This document shows positions 58,201 to 64,000 of a stretch of DNA of 64,000 nucleotides, piece by piece. Position numbers and translations under genes: made by a program. The notes below the pieces were generated by a model. It made no database searches. It was not told where the DNA came from and saw only the letters and a list, made by a program, of their open reading frames with translations. Location: positions 248,001 to 312,000 of the IMG/VR virus record IMGVR_UViG_3300032236_000747; one strand, given 5' to 3'. The stretch's first letter is position 1, and each line of letters starts with the position of its first letter.

Positions 58201-59205
58201 TCCGGTGTTTCAAACGGTTTGCCTGGTAATAATGCTATAGCGATGAATAACAACAGTTACATCTACGATGATGGTAACTATCACCTTACAAGTAAGTCTG
58301 GTAGCATTTGGATCAATGCCAACGGTGGTAATGATGTTAATATAAACACACAAGTCCCTAGTGGTACTATGCCAGGCGGGTTGAATGTACAGGGTGCTAT
58401 AACAAGTCAAGGCTCTGGTACAGCCGCTACATCGTTTATATCAGGTGTAAACGCATATAGTGGCGTAGCACTACAGCTGACTCCAAACGGTACAGGTGCG
58501 GCAAACCAAGCTATTCGTGATACATCAAGTGCGGCAAGCACAATGTATTTTGACGTTAATACTGGTGGTAGTGCTCACGGCCAATTCCAATTTAGATCAA
58601 GCAATGCGTTTAGTCAACTCTTGGTTGTAAGTAATAGTGCCGTAACAGTTAACAGACAAATGTTGATAGGTGGTGGTAGTCAAGGCGCCTATGTTACTAT
58701 TAACGGAACAAACACTTACAACATCAATGGGCCTTTTGGATACTTAAACGGTGGCGGCGCAGGCGCCATCAACAGCAGTGGATCAACGGGTAATCAAGGG
58801 TTTTCATTACAATGTAGTGGACGTATTCAAGCTAATGAAGTTGACGTTCCTTCAGACGAACGATTAAAAGACATACAGGGCACTATTCCTTTAGATAAGG
58901 CACTACAGTTTGTTCGAGCCGTAGATGGTATCTTGTATACTTGGAAGCCAGGATTTGGCGACAACGGATTAAAGTCAGGGTTTAATGCTCAAGGTGTATA
59001 CAAAGCTGGATTTGATCATATGGTTGTTCCTGTGCCAAATGATCGTGTAGCGGGTTCAACTGATGCTGATGGATTTACAAGCCCAGATAAGTTCCAATTA
59101 AGTTTAAACTATCAAGAAGCTATCCCATATCATCACGAAGTTATCAAGCACTTGCTAGATCGTATTGAGCAGCTAGAAGCTACAGTAGCCAAGTTAACTA
59201 AATAA
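52279..59205 (+). CDS. Collagen-like long tail fibre (2308 aa) with C-terminal S74 intramolecular chaperone
   Basis: Several Gly-X-Y tracts (GPKGDTGTQG, GIQGIQ); SDERLKD...G..AQ...coiled-coil end. Confidence 0.9.
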   Translation: MAFIQKLFTTLQNYDNGDTRIGELNRIWYDSNRNAFYISDGQTEGGILIGGGGGGGTYTLLTATTTRLGGVRIGAGIQVDYRGVISVNTSTLAGPQGPKGDTGPKGDTGTQGSVGAQGDPGIGVPVGGVAGQVLAKIDGVDYNTYWVDQTGGTGNGSVIQSDIAPTPANTTTLWYDTVGGRSYVYYYGGWVDASPGIGGIPGPKGDTGTQGPTGLQGDIGPKGDTGTQGLIGPMGPKGDTGTRGLTGDIGPVGPKGDTGTQGLIGPTGPKGDTGTQGIQGPIGLTGNTGTQGIQGIPGEGVPVGGTAGQVLTKIDGVDYNTHWVDANFSSSTATAGVSDITAGTGTYVSANTGSVSIWVDPNVVEGTVAPASTASFWYDTNVGRLFIYYNGSWIDASPGTTGIPGPKGDTGTTGPTGLQGDIGPKGDTGTAATLVIGTVTLGTYTSVINVGDQYNAVFDFVLQQGPKGDAGLKGDTGTTGATGAQGPKGDTGTQGIQGIQGFQGIQGIKGDTGTTGATGATGSVGPKGDTGTQGIQGIQGPKGDTGTTGAQGIQGIQGIQGVTGSTGTQGPKGDTGSIGIATLNLGTGTYGTLTSQTLSLWIGQDVSATSNVTFNSVAISNLGSILSSQVNIDAFITVYTLTNVVDYSSTATLASGVYGNINGVQPPWTVFDLSPGPSGTPVSTIAINDKLTGAGIIPSTVEDRGTGTYASYVIVNLDLAGLGQIQPLVGAAFNLVRPLQKAGLDITTQNNTDIFLNSNGLGDVLVNTNILPVATNVSNLGSPDFRWKSLYVGPGTIYVLDETLGKDISIGARDGLLYVQNGAGLVVGEFTLIDNQIKIANPDRDIIIGTTTATGSVVLNRPIRVNTLAGQTSFSVDRLGLTTIHPLISMSSTQSALNIVGNTSGLQQPRNFNDTMLQITGADNTATRVSLDSFGTGTYPVIAGRQAGGTVASPSQTKLNDTLLRFSAQGWGTTGYVSTIARINMRALQDFTDTAAGTGIRFQLTPINTTTIQTVTVDITATGISFVGNSIGGITFSNNDRLTYFPTPVGQAGLYLKSDGTTMSWQTGGAGAKGDTGTAATITIGTVTVSTTTASVTNVGNSSSAILNFVLQQGPQGIQGATGSTGTQGPKGDTGTTGAQGIQGIQGIQGATGTSATVMVGLVTTGSTALVTNTGTSANAVLNFQIPWIPGPQGATGATGSTGTQGPKGDTGTQGIQGPIGPTGTFTGSVVTLASADTAALTYTSSTGIFSFTPNNVYKTLSSLSDVNVPAPGNNQVLTWSTGTNRWIPTTVNGVGVPITGIAYYGTFYDVGADQTAPLTTSSYVVRIDHTDGSNGISIVDNNQITFAYGGTYEVEFSIQFQNTDTKDATVSVWFRKNGADIADSNSIFTAPSKQNGNGFLIAVTPFIVTVNAGDYVQIMWSSDNTVTKIVTTAAGTTPTVPRTPGVIITVVPVTSVVIPGTVESLTVTGNASANNFISAYLPIVSSGTTTVLSVTSPHYISVSGVSTQTIKLPNATLLTVGQSYKIDNNSSGNVYIQDATGAQIGGALLPGAATEGRVINVGTTAGTWDGWNYVPGNVSFGTSQMVFTGGTIVASTFTGSLVGTATTATYAQSFNTATLVTTAVSATTATNAGYAYSFNTNTVVTTAVTATNAGYAYSFNTSTLVLKATTATLAQTVTAAAQPAITSVGTLTSLSLQGSITFNDATTQSTAWTGSTYRIIKVADGFGVGLPFQSYVTADTSTGIIVSALTGIPASPTYKTWTFGFDGVLTFPDNSTQTVAWNTSTAVYYSQIRNAPSTTGTAVFNIVSATNITVGGTTIQNLFSVSTATVSNTATSLVYNTSTGVYTFTPFSLNTSTLMARAVTVTSSTQAAITALGTLTSLSVSGASTVSGLATFNYTGGGSTSTISVSGQNSKGGALYHDFLSATNGLATATNATKYFRLNNVGTLEILNSAYNATVFSVTDNGYIAINAASGVSNGLPGNNAIAMNNNSYIYDDGNYHLTSKSGSIWINANGGNDVNINTQVPSGTMPGGLNVQGAITSQGSGTAATSFISGVNAYSGVALQLTPNGTGAANQAIRDTSSAASTMYFDVNTGGSAHGQFQFRSSNAFSQLLVVSNSAVTVNRQMLIGGGSQGAYVTINGTNTYNINGPFGYLNGGGAGAINSSGSTGNQGFSLQCSGRIQANEVDVPSDERLKDIQGTIPLDKALQFVRAVDGILYTWKPGFGDNGLKSGFNAQGVYKAGFDHMVVPVPNDRVAGSTDADGFTSPDKFQLSLNYQEAIPYHHEVIKHLLDRIEQLEATVAKLTK

Positions 59206-59229
59206 TATACTAACTTTTAAAGGTTTAAC

Positions 59230-60051
59230 ATGAAGAAGATTTTATTTGCACTATTGCTAGCAGCCACAAGCCTAGCACACGCTTGGGACCAACGTGCCCC
59301 TAATCCAGTACAAGCCTGTGCTGTCCATAGCCCATATGGCTTTGCTCAAACAGCTCGTACAGCACAACCAATCTGCAGAGAGGCCTATCTAGTAGCATAT
59401 GATGCACCAGTTAAAATTCCGGCTTATGTCGCTTATACACTACAGCCACAGAACGCACTTGGATGCTTTCCTCGCACTAATGCTTTTGTCGCTGATCAGT
59501 CAATCACTGGTGGAGCTCGCCCTGACGACTACGCAGGAACAGGCTACGACAAAGGACACGCAGCCCCAGATGGAGATTTGTCTTGGTCTGCACAAGTAGA
59601 ATACGAAAGTTTTTTAATGACAAACATGTATCCACAACACGGTTCTTTAAACAGGGGAATCTGGAAGTTGTTAGAGACATCAGTCCGCGGATGGGCCGTC
59701 CAACTGAACCAACCATTTACTATATACGTTGGCGCTTTATATGGCGCTGGTGATCCTACTATTGGTAATGGCGTTATCGTTCCGCACGGTTTCTACAAGA
59801 TTGTTATTAATAACACAACAGGTCAAGTTGCAGGCTGGATGTTCCCACATACCAAACCTTATGTTAATCTAGGCAACGACCTAACCAAGTTCCGTGCTAC
59901 TATAGCACAGATACAACAGCAAGCAGGAGTACAATATAAGTTTCCTGCCAAGGCTGTTGAACTACAACCTGGTCAAGAATGGCCGGTCAACTTTGGCGCA
60001 CTAACAAACGCTAAAAGAGCAAAGTGCGGCGCTAATGCATCCGCAGATTAA
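59230..60051 (+). CDS. Secreted DNA/RNA non-specific endonuclease (NucA/EndA family)
   Basis: Signal peptide; YDKGH, ESFLMTNMYPQ..LNRGIW..LE. Confidence 0.92.
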   Translation: MKKILFALLLAATSLAHAWDQRAPNPVQACAVHSPYGFAQTARTAQPICREAYLVAYDAPVKIPAYVAYTLQPQNALGCFPRTNAFVADQSITGGARPDDYAGTGYDKGHAAPDGDLSWSAQVEYESFLMTNMYPQHGSLNRGIWKLLETSVRGWAVQLNQPFTIYVGALYGAGDPTIGNGVIVPHGFYKIVINNTTGQVAGWMFPHTKPYVNLGNDLTKFRATIAQIQQQAGVQYKFPAKAVELQPGQEWPVNFGALTNAKRAKCGANASAD

Positions 60052-60062
60052 GGAAATAAGAA

Positions 60063-60266
60063 ATGCAAGGTACAGTGAAGTGGTTTAATACCGTAAAAGG
60101 GTTTGGTTTTATCACACCCGAAACAGGCGGAGCGGATGTATTTGTACATTATTCGCAAATTCAAGCAGATGGCTATAAAAACTTAAAAGAAGGACAACAA
60201 GTTCAGTTTGAGCTAGTTAGTACTCCAAAAGGCGATTTAGCAAATTCGGTTACTGTTGTCGGTTAA
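60063..60266 (+). CDS. cspA: Cold-shock protein
   Basis: GTVKWFN..KGFGFI, DVFVHYS. Confidence 0.93.
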   Translation: MQGTVKWFNTVKGFGFITPETGGADVFVHYSQIQADGYKNLKEGQQVQFELVSTPKGDLANSVTVVG

Positions 60267-60316
60267 AATAAATAAAGGATACACTTAAAACTGTATCCTT
60301 TACTATTTGCCACACA

Positions 60317-61153
60317 ATGAAAACATTCAAAGACTATCTTAGGGAAGCACAACAGGCCGCAGCAGCGGAACCTGAAGATGATGAACCTCCTAAGAAAAGA
60401 ACACAAACACAAGATCGTCCTAATACCAGTGCCTATGATAGAGCATTCGGACAACAAGGACAAGATCACCCCCTAGCACAAAATCCTGATCACAATCGCA
60501 GAGAACGTGAACCAGAACAGCCAGATGATCCTAGAGGCCGTCAATCTAGCAGAGATAATACTCGCAATAGAACAAGCGGTCTAAGCACACCGGGTATGTC
60601 GGATTTACTTGCTAACCTAAGAGATATAGAGCCACATCCAGATGATGTTCCTAATCCAGACCAAGAACCTAGACAAGACATAGAACTAAGAGTAGACACA
60701 GAAAACCTACCATCGGTGGCAGGACAGGCTCTACAAGCTTCGGGTATTGTCAATCCAGAATGGCACAAGGTAGCTAACCTACCAGGCAACATGAAACGTG
60801 CTATACAATCACTAGGTCGACATTTGTTTAGTAGCATGACAAGTACTCCTACAGAAGAAATACAAATGATTGCTAATCTAGGAGGACAAGGTCCTAACAC
60901 TACAAGAGAAGTTAACTCTGTGGCTAACTGGATTCGTGAACACGGTGATGATCAAGGACCAGGCAACATAGATTTCGCAACTAGCATCCCAGGATACAAC
61001 GCAGAGATACATAACTATGTAGCAGCAGGAATACATTGGTTGTTGGTTAGAGATGAGTTTGGACAATACATTTATAGTTGGCCAGAGCAAGATTCTCTAG
61101 AGCATCGATCAGCTGCAAGACTAGGCAACGATAGACCAAGATTAGGTAGGTAA
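60317..61153 (+). CDS. Putative internal head protein (MKTFKDYLREA)
   Basis: T4 capsid-targeting-like N-terminus; disordered N-terminal half. Confidence 0.6.
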   Translation: MKTFKDYLREAQQAAAAEPEDDEPPKKRTQTQDRPNTSAYDRAFGQQGQDHPLAQNPDHNRREREPEQPDDPRGRQSSRDNTRNRTSGLSTPGMSDLLANLRDIEPHPDDVPNPDQEPRQDIELRVDTENLPSVAGQALQASGIVNPEWHKVANLPGNMKRAIQSLGRHLFSSMTSTPTEEIQMIANLGGQGPNTTREVNSVANWIREHGDDQGPGNIDFATSIPGYNAEIHNYVAAGIHWLLVRDEFGQYIYSWPEQDSLEHRSAARLGNDRPRLGR

Positions 61154-61160
61154 ATATAAA

Positions 61161-62102
61161 ATGAGACCAGAACGATTAAGATTATTTGCTCAACTAGCAG
61201 AGCAGTTAATGGAAGCTAGTACCGCCGGCGATTTAGTTAAGCGCCATCCAGGTGGTAATGAGATCATGCAGAAGTTGCATAGAGATCTAGGACTACCACA
61301 CAACGTAACATGGTCCGAACTAGGCATGGGAGAACGTTTCCATTGGACTCCGTTTAAAGAAACCAAGTTCGGTAGCTGGGTTATTGTTAAAGGACCAAAA
61401 GGCACAGGAGCCATTCAAGCTCAGAAAGGCGGCGGCGCATATCTAGGCATGGCTAGCACAGGTGGCCCTATTGAAACAATCAGAGATGACCGTGGTGGTA
61501 ACATTGTAGACTTTCTAGTAAGACATCTAGGCAAGGATCTAAGAAGATATAGCGGAGACACAGTAGGACCAGCGTCGACATATCAACGAACTGATAATCC
61601 AAGACAAATGACATATCCTGAAAAAACAAAATACAGGAAAGATCTTAAAACACTGGGCGGTTCAAAGAAAACCATGGATGCTGATGCCATACTAAAAAGA
61701 TTTAAACCTCTATGGAAATCTGGTGTAGTAAAAGCTATGGCTGACATTCAAGGTTTTGTTTCTCAACAAATCAAAGCAGGTGCCTATGCCAAAGCTGAAA
61801 GTAAAATTCAAAGATTAAAAAAACTTCAATCAATAATGAATATTTTAGACAATGATGAAGAACTACCACCATCAAATGATTACAGTGATAGTAATATTCT
61901 TTCATCTGCTGTTAAGAGTGCTATTACTCTCGGAGCAGCGCACTACTATCCAGAGTTAACAGGTAATGTAACTAAAAACGGTTACTCTTATCGTGCAGGT
62001 AATGCTGAAGGTACACAAAAGTTATTACAAGATATCGCAGGAGGTGATACAAGTAAAATGTTTACAGTAGCACATTTCTTTAGAAGGAGTTTAATATCAT
62101 GA
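61161..62102 (+). CDS. Hypothetical protein
   Basis: TAAATA-N4-ATG. Confidence 0.8.
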   Translation: MRPERLRLFAQLAEQLMEASTAGDLVKRHPGGNEIMQKLHRDLGLPHNVTWSELGMGERFHWTPFKETKFGSWVIVKGPKGTGAIQAQKGGGAYLGMASTGGPIETIRDDRGGNIVDFLVRHLGKDLRRYSGDTVGPASTYQRTDNPRQMTYPEKTKYRKDLKTLGGSKKTMDADAILKRFKPLWKSGVVKAMADIQGFVSQQIKAGAYAKAESKIQRLKKLQSIMNILDNDEELPPSNDYSDSNILSSAVKSAITLGAAHYYPELTGNVTKNGYSYRAGNAEGTQKLLQDIAGGDTSKMFTVAHFFRRSLIS

Positions 62103-63139
62103 AGCTAGGACAGATTGTTACAGAAGCCAACATAGCCCTTAAGGTATTAAAAGACCCTAAACTACCTAAGCAGTTATACATTGCTTTTACTCATGATAGT
62201 AGTCTTCCTGGAAACATTATTGCTAGACTAGGAACAAAGCCTACAGTAGAGCAAGTAGTTAAAGCATGGAGTGATCTAATAGATAGTTCTCTAAGAGATA
62301 GTAACTACGGTGACCTAAGTTCTAATGGTAAGTTTGATGATTGGTTGTTAAGATTGTATATATCCGGTCAAGTTGATTATGAAGATATCAACGGAGAAGC
62401 AGGAGATGCTCTTGGACTGTGGAGTGCCCTAAGCAGAAGAGGTAGACTTGATGTTAAAGATCAAGACTTCAACAAGTTTAAAGATATCCATAGCCTTAGA
62501 GCAGCAATGAATAAACCTCAGTATCGTGCTGAACTAGAAAGAATTAAAAACTCGGAAATTATTGAAAAACACAAGCGTGCTAGAAAAGAAGTTGTGTTAA
62601 TCGACGATGACAGATTCCATGTTATTCTACCATTGAACTATGGTGCTTGTTATACATTTAATAACTCCGAAGGTATTCAAGCAAACTTCTGTACTGGAGG
62701 TAGTAACGGTCTACACTGGTTCCAGAACTATGCTCCTTATACACCTATTATCAGTATTCTAGATAAAACTAATATGAATAATAAGTGGGGCAAATGGCAG
62801 TTACACGCATGGCCAGCTTTTGGTGCTGCCGGACAGTTAGTTAATGCTGAACAAAATAACAGAGGTGATCTACCGGGAAATGATCGTAAGTTTGCTGAAC
62901 TATTTCCGGGATTAATGAAGAGAATAGTAGCAGCTCTGGCAGAGAAGGGCCCTGAGATTGAACAACTCAGCGGTGAACCGGATTCTACAGGAACTACACT
63001 AATTCGCGGAGGCTACGATATACAAGACGCTATTTCTCGTATTAAACAAACTTTTCCAGCTAGCTATGCTTCGGAAGAGCCCGGAGCAGAAGAACCGGGC
63101 GCCGGCGAACCAGCACCAGGCGGCGAAGAGTTGTACTAA
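62099..63139 (+). CDS. Hypothetical protein (MKLGQIVTEA), C-terminal EPGA repeats
   Basis: Coupled ORF. Confidence 0.8.
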   Translation: MKLGQIVTEANIALKVLKDPKLPKQLYIAFTHDSSLPGNIIARLGTKPTVEQVVKAWSDLIDSSLRDSNYGDLSSNGKFDDWLLRLYISGQVDYEDINGEAGDALGLWSALSRRGRLDVKDQDFNKFKDIHSLRAAMNKPQYRAELERIKNSEIIEKHKRARKEVVLIDDDRFHVILPLNYGACYTFNNSEGIQANFCTGGSNGLHWFQNYAPYTPIISILDKTNMNNKWGKWQLHAWPAFGAAGQLVNAEQNNRGDLPGNDRKFAELFPGLMKRIVAALAEKGPEIEQLSGEPDSTGTTLIRGGYDIQDAISRIKQTFPASYASEEPGAEEPGAGEPAPGGEELY

Positions 63140-63140
63140 A

Positions 63141-63246
63141 CCCACCTTAGGGCCGTTGTCGCTAACGGTTAGGACGAAAGTCCAGGCGTCACAAGGCGGC
63201 TGCTGCCGACCACATTACTTACGCCAGAGTATTGTGATAAGTGAGC
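63141..63246 (+). ncRNA. Unclassified structured RNA with predicted pseudoknot
   Basis: Four hairpins including GGAC-GAAA-GUCC; loop ACGCC complementary to upstream GGCGU; GC-rich patch in an intergenic gap. Confidence 0.55.
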
Positions 63247-63259
63247 AATAAATACTATT

Positions 63260-64000
63260 ATGAAAATACATCATCTCTTAAATGAAACTGTAGAAACTTA
63301 TACTACTGTAGATGAGTTCGTGGACATTATGAAGGATTTTTTACCTTTGGCCATGCATCATCTTAAGATAGATGCGCTACCTCACATTAGGTTAGAAAAG
63401 TATATCAAAGACTCACATCAGCCTACGTTTGGCAAATACGTTAACGAAGAAAATGTGATACACGTAGGCATTGAAAATCGTCACCCATTAGATGTTCTAA
63501 GAACACTAGCACATGAACTAGTACACTTTAAACAAGGAACAGAGAATAGATTAGATGCCAAGAGCGGCGAAACTGGCAGTCCTATAGAGAATGAAGCACA
63601 CGAGGTAGCTGGTATTATCATGCGTCATTTTGGTAAAAGATATCCTCATTATTTTACAGACACAGCTATTACTATTTCCGAAGATTGGAACAAAGTTAAT
63701 CACCACGATAAAACTAACGGCCTAAGTCGTAAAGCAGTCAAAGCCTATCGTCGTGAACATCCAGGTAGTAAACTACAAACAGCAGTTACTACTAAACCTA
63801 GTAAGTTAAAGGCGGGTAGTAAGGATGCTAAACGCCGTAAAAGTTTCTGTGCTCGTATGAGTGGCAACAAAGGCCCAATGAAAAAGCCTAATGGTAAACC
63901 TACTCCTAAAGCATTGGCCTTGCGCCGTTGGAACTGTGAGAGCATTGAAGAAATGCGTCAGCTGATCGAAACAGCTGAACAGGTTATCATGCAGGAAAAA
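63260..64000 (+). CDS. Partial ORF: HEXXH metallopeptidase-like domain plus basic RRKSFCARM...RRWNC domain
   Basis: Manual translation MKIHHLLNE...LRTLAHELVHFKQ...ENEA; runs off the window end; TAAATA-N5-ATG. Confidence 0.8.
   Translation, partial: MKIHHLLNETVETYTTVDEFVDIMKDFLPLAMHHLKIDALPHIRLEKYIKDSHQPTFGKYVNEENVIHVGIENRHPLDVLRTLAHELVHFKQGTENRLDAKSGETGSPIENEAHEVAGIIMRHFGKRYPHYFTDTAITISEDWNKVNHHDKTNGLSRKAVKAYRREHPGSKLQTAVTTKPSKLKAGSKDAKRRKSFCARMSGNKGPMKKPNGKPTPKALALRRWNCESIEEMRQLIETAEQVIMQEK

Noticed and set aside
63141-63246. Hammerhead ribozyme or SAM-SAH riboswitch
   Set aside because: The CUGANGA core is missing, and the GUCACAA..GGCU similarity to SAM-SAH lacks the closing GUGAC strand.
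1-64000. CRISPR array
   Set aside because: No run of identical 25-40 bp repeats with unique spacers was seen; the early-region repeats are promoter/RBS cassettes separated by genes.
1-64000. Stop-codon reassignment (alternative genetic code)
   Set aside because: Long genes translate intact under the standard code and gene packing is dense.

Overview
This window looks like part of a large T4-like (jumbo) dsDNA phage genome. The host is probably a proteobacterium, inferred from the IscU, ErpA and IF-1 sequences. (1) 1-9.1 kb: an array of small minus-strand early genes, most with their own near-consensus sigma70 promoter, plus an AAA ATPase and tRNA-Ile2(CAT). The 8-mer CGGGGTCT is strongly over-represented here. 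(2) 9.1-9.7 kb: a non-coding, origin-like locus with DnaA boxes phased every 11 bp. (3) 10-17.5 kb: putative internal head proteins, two GT9-like glycosyltransferases flanking a Dam-like MTase plus putative endonuclease, and a SleB-type hydrolase with a holin-like gene. (4) 17.6-31.9 kb, the main discovery candidate: an AT-rich cluster with five radical SAM enzymes (one B12-dependent), four cupin/Fe(II)-2OG oxygenases and two paralogous accessory proteins. It includes a 219-aa structural-looking protein ending in CHAS-CHSS-CHSS-RGRR with its own late promoter, and is followed by iscA, iscU and erpA. This reads as a phage-encoded RiPP-like protein-modification system with its own Fe-S supply. 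(5) DNA ligase, IF-1 and an HNH nuclease. (6) 34-59 kb: tail-fibre and adhesin genes (beta-propeller, LamG, fibrinogen-like, Hint, Cys-rich YadA-like, ILEI/PA14, collagen with S74 chaperone) with an orphan QueC-like gene. (7) A secreted nuclease, CspA, more head-targeted proteins and a structured intergenic RNA candidate. Many late genes show TAAATA-N5-ATG with no Shine-Dalgarno site, suggesting leaderless mRNAs. All calls come from motif reading by eye; no database searches were run.
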